Source of the DNA: Eledone cirrhosa
Lineage: Eukaryota
Length of the DNA stretch: 64,000 bases
NCBI GenBank assembly: GCA_964016885.1
Contig: OZ024749.1
Location: 18,600,001-18,664,000 of the forward strand
Reading direction: 5' to 3'
The notes beneath the pieces are model-generated. The model saw only the letters and a program-made list of their open reading frames with translations. It was not told the DNA's origin and did no database searches. The first letter of the stretch is position 1, and every line of letters begins with the position of its first letter. Both the position numbers and the translations under genes were made by a program. Below, one piece after another: positions 40,635 to 51,951 of the stretch.

Positions 40635-42764
40635 GTGGAAAGAGACAGGAGTAATTATGAGAGACATAGAAACAACCATGAGGCTGTAGATGGAAATAGA
40701 AATAGAAACAACACAACTAACAATAACAATAGCACTAGTACACATAAAGCAGCAGCCTGGAACTCTACGTTTTATAATCCCTCCGATAAATCGTTCGACC
40801 TGCGACGAGTCCACGGCACGATTTTACCATTTAACAAACGCACGCAATTGCCGTCGCAGGTCGATGAACAAACAGAAGCACAATTTAGTATAGCTAGATC
40901 CGAACTTAGAAATATTATAGAACAGTATAGCAAGAAGCATAATAGAATGGAGGCCCAGCAACTGGGAGAAAAATCTGTAAATGGCTTGCGTAAGCTCATG
41001 CAGCGCTCGCGTAATGGAGAGATAGCATGCTTTCCAACAGACAAGTCTGGCAGAATGTCGGTTGACAGCCTGCCAAACTACATCCAGGCAATGCAACCCC
41101 ACATCACTAACACAAGCGAGGTAACACCACAGGAGCATGAGGATAGAGAAAAAGCCCTCAATGCCCATATGGTGATATGGACGAATATAATGCAGCCCAA
41201 CAAAAGGACTGCCAACAACTTCCAGGCCTGGAACAATGACGTGCCGGCGTTGTATGGGCTTCGAAAAGACCATAAAACGGGCAGTGACCCTGTCGCGGGA
41301 CCACCAACACGGCCAGTCTGTGGAGCTAACATTGCTAGTAACTACAGACTGTCCTACTTCCTCTCCCTGATCATACGCCCCATCATTGAAATGTCCCCAA
41401 ATGTATGTGACAGCACGGAGGACCTCCTCAGCAGAATCGGCGTGAGTAACCGATCTAGGGACCTAGCAAACTGCATAATAGGTAGTATGGATGTTGTGTC
41501 CCTGTATCCATCTATTGACGTGGATTTTGCTGTGGAGAAATGCGTAGAAATGATCAGTGAGAGCAATGTTGAGTTCCGTGGGATTGATACCAGTGAGCTG
41601 GGACTCCTACTTAAACTTACCTATAGTAATAATTACCTAGACACATATGACCTTAGCAACCTGTGCCCTACAAGACCAGCAAGAGGCAGACCACCTACCA
41701 TTACCTCAATGGCCAAGAAAACCCATACAGATAGATGGAACGGGTGGACCAGAGCCGAAAACCACGATGAACTGAAGAAAATGATTGCACATGCGGTAGG
41801 GGCCAGTATAAAATTAACCCTTAAGGAACATATGTTCAAATTTAATGGAAAAACATATGCCCAAGAGGAAGGAGCAGCCATTGGTGTTAGCATTGCAGGC
41901 AACATAGCTAACTTATTCATGGTATGGTGGGACAGTAGACTTAAACTTAAACTTAAAGAACAATTAGAAGACCCCTTAACCCTGATAATGTACTCCCGCT
42001 ACGTTGATGATATAAACATCGTAGTTAAGACACCCCCACTAGAGAAGAGTCAGGAACTAGAGAAAAACACAATGGAAAGCATCCAGCAAATAGCTAACTC
42101 CATCCACCAGAGCATTAGAGTTACTATAGACTACCCAAGTAAACACCCCAACCATCGATTAACTGTACTAGACACAGAGCTCTGGTTAGATACCATTAAT
42201 AATAAAAAACAAATCCTCCATTCCCATTATGCCAAACCCATGACTTCCAAACATCTGATCCACCGAAACTCGGCCGTTTCGGACCATACCAAAATCAACA
42301 TACTGATTGCGGATTTGGTACGGGTGATGAGAAACGTGTCCCGCATGTGCAACCCCGAAGAACTAGAGAGACACATACAACACTTCATCCACCGTATGCA
42401 GTTCTCTGGCTACAATCAGAGAGATAAAATCAGAGTGTATAGAGGAGCCAGAACCAAATGGGAAAAAATGGTAAATAATGACACAAATGGGACCTGCCCC
42501 TTGTATAGGAGCAAATTTTGGAATAGAATAGAAAGAACTAGGAACAAGGCTAATAGAATAAACTCATGGTATGATAGCAATAAATACCAGAGTGTAATGT
42601 TCATCGATACAACCCCTAGAGGTGAATTAGCTTACAAATTTAGAAGGGCCCTAAATAAACATAAACTCAATATTAAGATAGTAGAAAGACCAGGTACCTC
42701 CGTAAAAACACTCATTAGCAAGACATACCCTTTTCAAAGACCCTCATGTATAGATAAGAAATAA
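40635..42764 (+). CDS. PLE reverse transcriptase (uninterrupted 709-codon stretch, 5'-truncated)
   Basis: [41 protein letters not shown]. Confidence 0.85.
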   Translation: MERDRSNYERHRNNHEAVDGNRNRNNTTNNNNSTSTHKAAAWNSTFYNPSDKSFDLRRVHGTILPFNKRTQLPSQVDEQTEAQFSIARSELRNIIEQYSKKHNRMEAQQLGEKSVNGLRKLMQRSRNGEIACFPTDKSGRMSVDSLPNYIQAMQPHITNTSEVTPQEHEDREKALNAHMVIWTNIMQPNKRTANNFQAWNNDVPALYGLRKDHKTGSDPVAGPPTRPVCGANIASNYRLSYFLSLIIRPIIEMSPNVCDSTEDLLSRIGVSNRSRDLANCIIGSMDVVSLYPSIDVDFAVEKCVEMISESNVEFRGIDTSELGLLLKLTYSNNYLDTYDLSNLCPTRPARGRPPTITSMAKKTHTDRWNGWTRAENHDELKKMIAHAVGASIKLTLKEHMFKFNGKTYAQEEGAAIGVSIAGNIANLFMVWWDSRLKLKLKEQLEDPLTLIMYSRYVDDINIVVKTPPLEKSQELEKNTMESIQQIANSIHQSIRVTIDYPSKHPNHRLTVLDTELWLDTINNKKQILHSHYAKPMTSKHLIHRNSAVSDHTKINILIADLVRVMRNVSRMCNPEELERHIQHFIHRMQFSGYNQRDKIRVYRGARTKWEKMVNNDTNGTCPLYRSKFWNRIERTRNKANRINSWYDSNKYQSVMFIDTTPRGELAYKFRRALNKHKLNIKIVERPGTSVKTLISKTYPFQRPSCIDKK

Positions 42765-43306
42765 GCCTCCATATTAACTGTAAAACTAGAAATGTAGTGT
42801 ATAGCATAAGATGTACCGAAGGACAATGTAGAGACAAAAATATAGTGTACATAGGTGAGACAGCTTGTAGTGTAGGGAACGGATAAATGAACACTGACGA
42901 GACTTTCAAGATAGTAAAGAATCATCTGTACTCTACCAACATGCTAAAATAGAACACAAGGGTAAATTAGAGAACATAGAAATAAAAATAGAATCTACAC
43001 ACAGAAAAGACGCAATGTTTAGACAAATTACAGAGGCAATAAACATAAAAGAATTACAACCAAAATTAAATAGAAAATATGAGTGGAACAGCAACATCAC
43101 AACTTACAATTAAGGACAAAATGAAAACACAGACACACATAGAACAAACAACCAACCAGTAACATGTAAATAAACAAATAAATAAATGAACATAAACACA
43201 CCCGGATGTGGCGCATGCGCAGACTGAGCACAGAACACACACACAGAAACAAAATTGCGTAGGACAGAACAAAGGAGAGGCACAGAAACAAAGAAAGGAA
43301 TCGCCA

Positions 43307-43349
43307 GTCACTGAAGAGGTCACATAGTGTGTGACGAAAGAACTATGAC
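43307..43349 (+). ncRNA. Minimal hammerhead ribozyme
   Basis: Same as 40255-40297 with a different stem II loop (TAGTG). Confidence 0.78.
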
Positions 43350-43567
43350 AATATATAAACAACTATCTGGTTGTGGAACCAACCAACCAACCAGAAATTT
43401 ATAAATTTATAAATTTATTATAATAAATTGAAGTGAAAGCAACTGGTGCGTGTGCTTCTTATTGGCAGCATGACCCTCCCAAAGTATAACAATATCGGTT
43501 TCAACACACGATTTCAGATAAAAAATCTTGCTAAACAAATTCAGAAACGAAATATATATATATATAT

Positions 43568-44323
43568 ATAAGAGAGTATTGAAGTTTGCTTGAAGCATTG
43601 TGGAACAATAAGTAAATATTTATAAGTCGTTTGGAAGCCTCGACAATGCAAATGGGTAAATCTCCGGGTAACAAGGTCCGGTGGTGGAGAGAGAGATATG
43701 TAAGTGGGTGTACGTTGAGATGCGTGGTGTGTATAAGATGTGTGAGATGTGTAGAATGAAGGGAAGAGTAAAAGAATAAAAATAATAATAACAACACAAG
43801 AGAGAGAGAGTTACCTTGGGAGAGATTTAATAGTCCCTATATATTTCGGATTCACATCCATCAACCGGGGTTTTTTCCGGGGTGGGGGAAAAGGTTGTCT
43901 GTCGGACAACTCGGAACGCGTCTTTCGCTGTTTGTTGATTTGAATATCTGAGGTATTCGGCCGAGCGCGCGTGCGCGTGAAATGGGGTCGGTCGTACAGA
44001 GGTCAGCGTCCGAATGAGGGAGTGGGATGGCGCTAGCTGTCAGTCCATTCTCTGCCTGTTTGTTAAATGTTACTGTGTGAGCGTGTGTTGTTGTCTCGCT
44101 TGAGTGTGTGTGTGTGTGTGTGCGTGTGTTGTTGCCTTGTTCATCTGTATTGGCAGTGTAGTATCTTCGTATGGTGGAATGCTACTGTGTGTGTGTGTGC
44201 GTGTGTGTGTGTAGTTGTCTCGTTTGCGTGACAACTACACACACACACGCACACACACACACACAGTAGCATTCCACCATACGAACATACTACACTGCCA
44301 ATACAGATGAACAAGGCAACAAC

Positions 44324-44359
<36 letters not shown>

Positions 44360-44860
44360 AAGTGAGACAACAACACACGCACACACACACACAGTAACAT
44401 TTAACAAACAGGCAGAGAATGGACTGACAGCTGGCGCCATCCCACTCCCTCATTCGGACGCTGACCTCTGTACGACCGACCCCATTTCACGCGCACGCGC
44501 GCTCGGCCGAATACCTCAGATATTCAAATCAACAAACAGCGAAAGACGCGTTCCGAGTTGTCCGACAGACAACCTTTTCCCCCACCCCGGAAAAAACCCC
44601 GGTTGATGGATGTGAATCCGAAATATATAGGGACTATTAAATCTCTCCCAAGGTAACTCTCTCTCTCTTGTGTTGTTATTATTATTTTTATTCTTTTACT
44701 CTTCCCTTCATTCTACACATCTCACACATCTTATACACACCACGCATCTCAACGTACACCCACTTACATATCTCTCTCTCTACCACCGGACCTTGTTACC
44801 CGGAGATTTACCCATTTGCATTGTCGAGGCTTCCAAAAGACTTATAAATATTTACTTATA
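43568..44860. mobile_element. ORF-less fold-back PLE pLTR (about 630-bp arms, 10-nt loop) with variant hammerhead-like motif
   Basis: About 43606-44219 is the reverse complement of 44230-44860. CCC-CGGTTGA-T-GGAT(GTGA)ATCC-GAAA-TATA-TA-GGG lies at 44597-44632, followed by the donor AAG|GTAACT. Confidence 0.7.
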
Positions 44861-44877
44861 TATATATATATATATAT

Positions 44878-45905
44878 ACATGAAAACCAGCGTTATGTAA
44901 CAACACTCGCAGACAAGGCTTGGCAGCTGCGTGAAAATAACCAACAATTTCACCTAAAATTGGATATAATAGCGGCTGCTCCCCCCCCCATATTCCTACG
45001 GACAGGAATTTTTTAAATTATGTAATGTCGAATTATTTTGTATTATGAAATCCAAAAACATTTTATTAAATAACAGAATAGAGCGATCGTTATACTGTAA
45101 CCATCGCTTAAAATCTACATTCTCATATTATAAATACAACCAGGATTGAACGCCTGTCTCTATCTCCGTTTGATTGTCAAATAGATATTAACATTCTCTA
45201 TTAGTCTTAATTCTATCAACTCTTCTATTATTTACCATTTAATATAAACTGCTATAGATAAAATGAGATTTCTGATTTCTTAATTCAATTCCCTAATGCA
45301 TATACCAGCTGGCTACTAGCATTGATGTTATTCAGCAGCAATCGAAATCTCCCCCTTCCCCAATTGACACTTTATAATTAATACTACTACACCAAATGAC
45401 CAGCCCTGTCCACTGTCCAATTGGTCAAGTAGAGATTAAAATTGGCACTCCCAAAAATTCTTATCTAGATAAAATGAACCATTTACTCATGGTATTCTCA
45501 TTAGAAACCCTTTATATACTTGTTTAGCAGTAAATTGAATTACAATCTGTCATATACTATCCCCTCTCTTCTTCCTCTATTACTAATATAAATACTTCAA
45601 TTTTTCTGATTTTATCCAATTTATCCAAAATCTCTGAAGAAGTGACAACTGATTATACATTTGCTATCGAATACTTGCTAACATTATATGATTACGCAAG
45701 CAGCGATACATAGGTATTCCGTCTGTTACAGAAACATATGTCAATACCTAATAAATTCCTTTTCAAAAAAAGCACTTTCATTTTATATTCATCTTTTCTA
45801 CATTTTCTCCGCAATATAATTTATACTCGTTGAGCAAACCTACACGTACGCTGTTCATCTCTAACGTAACGATATATTATCACTACATTATTGATAACCT
45901 GAAAT
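44878..45905 (+). mobile_element. PLE 3' end (GIY-YIG C-terminus and pLTR)
   Basis: HENQRYVTTLADKAWQLR is homologous to HKSQRNVTTLAEKAWTLR in ORF 62379-62855. Confidence 0.75.
45634..45742 (+). ncRNA. Hammerhead-like motif with about 90-nt stem II; stem I decayed
   Basis: CTGAAGA, GTGACA...TGTTAC, GAAA-CATATG-TC. Confidence 0.6.
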
Positions 45906-45920
45906 TTTATATATATATAT

Positions 45921-47990
45921 ATCGAGCCCTCTTTGGATTTTAGTCTTCAATTTTATTATTATTACTATTTGGCTCCTTCGGTTGAGCACTCTACTGACTT
46001 ATATTCATCATGCAGAAACAACATCTGAATATTTCTACAAAGAACATACCCGTACCAAGCAGGAAAACATACCTAAAACTCCTGATACAGAAAACAACGC
46101 GTTCATTAAAAGGTTGCGTTGGCGTGCCTTTTATTTCGATAATCCGCGAAAAGCAGACAACAAACAGGATAAATTTGGATTTAAAACATATAATAACCCT
46201 CCGTGGAACCCAGCATTGCTACCCTTCGAAGATGATGTCTTGGAACTCATTCGGAGTATCAAATTTCGGAATAGGAGCAATTCCTTCCAGCAAGACCTGA
46301 AGAATAGAATTCGTTCTATTAAGGATTCTAACGCCGTGCACGTCCATTCCGACAAAACTGGCAACCTATATCAAGTGGAGCGCAGTACTTACCATCAACT
46401 ACTACATAATGCTGAAACTAAGGATTACCGTAAAACTAATCGGTGCGTCATCAATGAAATCAACGATGCTGGGTTTATGGGTTTAAAATCACATCTGATC
46501 TCAACATCCTGGACCGGACCGAACCTCTGGACCCTATCTCTCCCCACTTTACCCTGAAGGATCACAAATCCAATTTTCCTAACAACCCCTCTATTCGGCT
46601 TATTAACCCTACGAAGTCCGACTTAGGTAGACTTAGTAAAACGATTCTTGATAGAATTATACCTGAAATTAGAAGTTTGGCCCCTCTCGCACTGTGGAAC
46701 AATTCTTTCGCGGTGATTGATTGGTTCAACGGCATATGTAACAAGGAACATTGCCGTTTTATCCAATTCGACATTAACAATTACTACTCCTCCATCACTT
46801 TACCACTTCGCCTTAGAGATATCAATTTCGCTAAAACACTCACAGTGGTTAAGGATTTCGAAGTTGATGTCATCCTTAATGCCCGAAAGTCGGTGATCAA
46901 TTTCGACGACTCTATTTGGATTAAAAAATCCAATAGTACCCCATTCGACGTGAGTATGGGCGCCAGTGACTCTGCGAAGGTTACTGATCTTATTGGCCTT
47001 TTCCTTCTTTTCTCTATCAAGGACGAATTCCCCAACGCGGGCGGTGGTTTGTACCGTGACGATGGTCTTTTGACCATGACTAAGTGCGGACCTCGTGCTT
47101 GCGACAGGTTCAGAAAAGAACTCACAGCCTTCTTTAAAGGCTTCAACCTCTCTATACAGGTTGAGGCCAATCTCTCGGTCGTTAATTACCTCGACGTTAC
47201 CCTTAATTTATTGAATGGGTTGTATTACCCGTATAGAAAGCCGAATGATACACTTAATTACATAAGTAAGCATTCCAACCATCCTGCCAGCATAACCAAG
47301 AACCTGGTAAAAAACGTTTCGTTGAGGCTTTCCCGTCTTTCCACTAGCGAGCGCATTTTCAACGACCATTCCACTTACTACAATGAAGCTCTTGCTCGAA
47401 GTGGATTTGTTGATAAGGTAGCATATACAGAGTACGAAAATAGATCTAGAAGAAATAGATCCCGTCGCATTTGTTTGTTTAACCCACCATATAATATGGA
47501 GGTGGCCACACCATTAGCTAAGATCTTTCTTTCCCTTATTACGAAGCATTTTCCCCCTACACATAAATATAGTAAAATTTTTAATAGAAATACTATTAAA
47601 ATTTCTTACTCTACGACTCCTAACCTTGCACATAACATCACAGCTTCAAATTTAGCTAAACTACCTAGCCGTAGGAACACGTGCAACCCTGTAGTTAGTA
47701 CTAACTGTAATTGTAGGAATCGGGCTGATTGCCCCCTATCCGGGAAATGCCTCTCTAGTAACATTGTCTACAAATGTAAGGTTGTAACACCCACGTCCCG
47801 TAGGGCCTACATAGGGTTGACTGCCAATAGTTTCAAGCAGCGTCTTTACATGCATACCCATTCTTTTCGTTACCCTCTAAGAAGGAATATGACGTCACTT
47901 TCAGCTTATATCAGGAGTCTAAAAGACAACCACGCCCAATATAAGTTACACTGGGAGATCCTAGCTAGGGCTAGATCGTATAACGGAAAT
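45921..47990 (+). mobile_element. PLE with most of the ORF (RT and GIY-YIG), frameshifted, 3' end lost in (TA)n
   Basis: STKNIP, FIKRLRWRA, SDKTGNLY, QFDINNYYSSI, MGASDSA, GLYRDD, FNPPY, CNCRNRADCPL, IVY...YIG. Confidence 0.92.
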
Positions 47991-47993
47991 ATG

Positions 47994-48025
<32 letters not shown>

Positions 48026-48132
48026 GAGAGAGAGAGATATGTATATATATGTATATATATATATATGTATATATATAGATATGTATATATATGTATATAT
48101 ATATAGATATAGATATATATATGTGTATATAT

Positions 48133-48193
<61 letters not shown>

Positions 48194-48291
48194 CATATAT
48201 ATATACATATCTTTATATATACATATATATATATATATACATATATATACATATCTATATATATACATATATATATACATATATCTATATC

Positions 48292-48328
<37 letters not shown>

Positions 48329-48394
48329 ATATACATATATATATCTATACATATATATATATCTATATATATACATATATCTATATATCTATAC

Positions 48395-48425
<31 letters not shown>

Positions 48426-48464
48426 CATATATATATATACATATACATATATATATATATATAA

Positions 48465-48556
<92 letters not shown>

Positions 48557-48568
48557 GTATATATATAA
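47991..48568. repeat. (TA)n-rich microsatellite; similar tracts at 49035-49490, 58190-58546, 60730-61370 and 61700-61915
   Basis: Directly visible dinucleotide repeats. Confidence 0.98.
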
Positions 48569-48864
48569 AGTAAAGCATGTCCATAGAATCATTTGATAAT
48601 ATATATACATCATTTCTTCTCCCATTTACCATAATTAAACACACAAAAAATCACTTAGACCAGGCTATAAGATTGAAAGACACCAATGAAGAAACAGTAA
48701 ATAAATAAGCGATAGCAGCGTCTTCGCGGCCAACCGCTATAGAATATTTACCCAACATTTCAACAGCACGTGGATATTGATTAAATATACGGTCAACCAT
48801 ACACAACTAGGTATAAAATTAAAGTTAGAAATGCTTATATACATACCAGGAATAAATTCCTAAA

Positions 48865-48941
48865 TCCCGACCCATGGGTTTCATTCTCATTTTGAGATAT
48901 CCTATTAAGGATAAATCTCGAGATTCGAACTCTTCAGGGAA
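48865..48941 (-). ncRNA. Hammerhead in solo pLTR (48570-49035), branched 48-nt stem II
   Basis: TTCC-CTGAAGA-...TATCCT(TAAT)AGGATA...-GAAA-CCCATGGG-TC-GGGA, GUC cleavage triplet. Confidence 0.8.
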
Positions 48942-49105
48942 CAAACTCGCTAGGACAGATTATTTTCTTAAGTGGCCCCGCCAAACACGAATTCAAAATG
49001 GCTGAGAACTGTGACGTGGCAGTGGTCCAGTCAGAATATATATATATATATATATATATATCTGTATCTCTCTCTATATATATATATACATATATATACA
49101 CACAC

Positions 49106-49220
<115 letters not shown>

Positions 49221-49373
49221 CATATATATATATACATTTATATATACATATATATATATATAAATATACATATATATATATATATATATCTATATATATA
49301 TATTTACATATATATATATCGATATTTCTATCTATATATATACATATATATATATCTATATCTATAGATATAC

Positions 49374-49475
<102 letters not shown>

Positions 49476-49588
49476 GTTTGAATATGTATAATAAAGCCAA
49501 AACAATGCAAGTATGGACATAGAAAAATAATGCAATTGCAAAAGATATTGTTGACAAATCGTCTTTTACCTTAGATTTATTTAAATGT

Positions 49589-49623
49589 CCTTAATTTTCG
49601 AGATAATATCTCTTCTTCAGAGG
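49589..49623 (-). ncRNA. Ultra-minimal hammerhead-like motif in solo pLTR (49475-49668)
   Basis: CCT-CTGAAGA-A-GAGAT(ATT)ATCTC-GAAA-AT-TA-AGG. Confidence 0.6.
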
Positions 49624-49664
49624 GAAATAAAGGTCTCAAACCAGCGTTCTAAATATCTTGCCAA

Positions 49665-49735
<71 letters not shown>

Positions 49736-49738
<3 letters not shown>

Positions 49739-50046
49739 TATGTACACGTACATACATATATGTATACAGACGTACAGTAGTACGTATAATATACATACAT
49801 GCACACATATATATATGCACGTATGGATTCAGCGAACATTTATGATAATGCTCGGTGTGTTTGTAACAAATAATAATAAATGTTCGGTGAATCCATACGT
49901 GCATATATATATGTGTGCATGTATGTATATATATATACATACTACTGTACGTCTGTATACATATATGTATGTACGTATACATACTTATATTTAAGTAACA
50001 GCCGTACTAAGAGTGCGAAATGAAATTTCGTTTCATTTTTTCCGTT
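49736..50046. repeat. Fold-back element copy 1 (about 105-bp arms plus unique tail with hairpin)
   Basis: 49736-49842 is an approximate reverse complement of 49875-49986. Tail ATTTAAGTAA..TACTAAGAGTG.GAAATGAAATTTCGTTTC. Confidence 0.7.
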
Positions 50047-50077
<31 letters not shown>

Positions 50078-50354
50078 ACATATATATTTATACATATATA
50101 TATACATATAAATGAAAAGTATAGAAATGATTGTAGCAAGAAGCCAACAGTATTCCATAATATATAAGTGACTATAGCGTCAAAATGGAAAAATAGTTAA
50201 GATGTGGGAAAATAATTCAAACTCAATTCAAAAGAATTAGGATATAGATTCATCCACAGAATTTGGTGAAATCCAGGGAAAAATCACTAGAGCCTTAACT
50301 CAGAATAAAATAAAGTTTAAAATACTCATCCTTCAATTTGGAAAAACTACAAAT

Positions 50355-50433
50355 GCTCTGTATAGTCTTAACAGACTATTTCACGAAACTATCAGTGGGG
50401 ATGGTCACGGTTGGAGTCGATCATCAGCAGAGC
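50355..50433 (-). ncRNA. Complete monomeric type I hammerhead in solo pLTR (50110-50650)
   Basis: GCTCTG-CTGATGA-TCGA...TCGT-GAAA-TAGTC(TGTTAA)GACTA-TA-CAGAGC: 6-bp stem I and 6-bp stem III. Confidence 0.85.
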
Positions 50434-50651
50434 GCAAAGACAATATAACCAAAGTCCCACTGATTATAATATGCCAAAAAGGTGATTTAAAAGCAGGCTA
50501 GTTCAACATCATGCGTAATTATGAAGAAAAACGCACATGTGGAGACAGGGCTGGTGACGTCAGAATGAGACGAATGTCTGTTTACATGAAACAACAGTCA
50601 AAAAGATTCCGAAAAAACTCTACAATATAAGGAGTTCAGCAAAAGCAATAT

Positions 50652-50711
<60 letters not shown>

Positions 50712-50716
<5 letters not shown>

Positions 50717-51272
50717 AGTATGTGTGTATACGTACATACATATATGTATACAGACGTACAGTAGCATGCATATATATATATATACATATATACATATATA
50801 TACATACAGGTACACATACATATATGCACGCATCAGTGTAGCGGACGCTTATTATAACGCCGCTTTGTTCGTTTGTCAACAAACTGAACAGCCTGAATTT
50901 ATGCCATACGGTGTTAAGGCAACCACGTCACCTTTTTGTTCAACACTGACACAGGAACGATGTACTAGTTTCAAGCTTGTTAGCTATCATCAGCACCGTT
51001 TACCCATCTGCCAGATAGATGAACGTTCGAAAGTATATACTTTCCTTATGAAAATTAACGGCTGAGCAGCCTAATTTGCATATTGAGTGAGTTAAATCGG
51101 TCAGGCATGTGTACCTGTATGTATATATATGTATATATGTATATATATATATATATATATATGCATGCTACTGTACGTCTGTATACACATATGTATGTAC
51201 GTATACACACATACTTACATTTAAGTAAGTGCCATACTAAGAGTGAGAAATGAAATTCGTTTTCATTTTTTT
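50712..51272. repeat. Fold-back element copy 2 (same arms and tail, different spacer of about 290 bp)
   Basis: Arms about 50712-50818 and 51107-51220, with the same tail as copy 1. Confidence 0.7.
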
Positions 51273-51277
51273 CAATT

Positions 51278-51309
<32 letters not shown>

Positions 51310-51311
51310 TA

Positions 51312-51775
51312 TATTGGTAAACGGAATAGAAAATGCTGACAAATTGTTCACAGTTGAAAAATGGTTTAATTAGGAATAAAAGAGTATTAGTGATTGTATG
51401 GGTTAGTATTCAGTTGTGGTTTTAATTTTTTAAGTTCTTACCGGTTGCGCATTTCTAAATGCTTTTCAAAAATAATTTTGAGATAGAGTGTCCGTGTTGT
51501 TTGCTCTGACCTGAGCAAACAACACGGACACTCTATCTCAAAATTATTTTTGAAAAGCATTTAGAAATGCGCAACCGGTAAGAACTTAAAAAATTAAAAC
51601 CACAACTGAATACTAACCCATACAATCACTAATACTCTTTTATTCCTAATTAAACCATTTTTCAACTGTGAACAATTTGTCAGCATTTTCTATTCCGTTT
51701 ACCAATATATAATAACTTGTGTGTTACACCTCTATTCTTTTAACTATATATATATATATATATACATATATGTAT
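51312..51775. mobile_element. Near-perfect hairpin of a solo pLTR (about 190-bp arms) with decayed hammerhead
   Basis: Centre TTTGCTC-TGACCT-GAGCAAA at about 51500-51519. The same sequence occurs at 60537-60730. Motif TTGAAAA-GCATT(TAGA)AATGC-GCAA-CCGG-TA. Confidence 0.75.
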
Positions 51776-51818
51776 ATATCTCTCTCTATATATATATATA
51801 CATATCTATATCTATCTA

Positions 51819-51868
<50 letters not shown>

Positions 51869-51913
51869 GAGAGTAAAACAAAGAGGCCTTTAATACATCA
51901 AAAGTTTTTATTA

Positions 51914-51951
51914 GCCGACAATGTTTCGTCCTATTAAGGACTCATCAGGGC
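51914..51951 (-). ncRNA. Canonical minimal hammerhead
   Basis: GCC-CTGATGA-GTCCT(TAAT)AGGAC-GAAA-CATTG-TC-GGC. Confidence 0.9.

Larger units (their letters stand above)
38106..43553. mobile_element. Penelope-like element in a split inverted arrangement
   Basis: The plus arm 40597-43553 has a 709-aa RT ORF ([20 protein letters not shown]), a frameshifted GIY-YIG (CRTRNVVY...YIGET) and the pLTR. The minus arm 38106-40598 has the EN tail, pLTR and N-terminal ORF. Confidence 0.92.
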
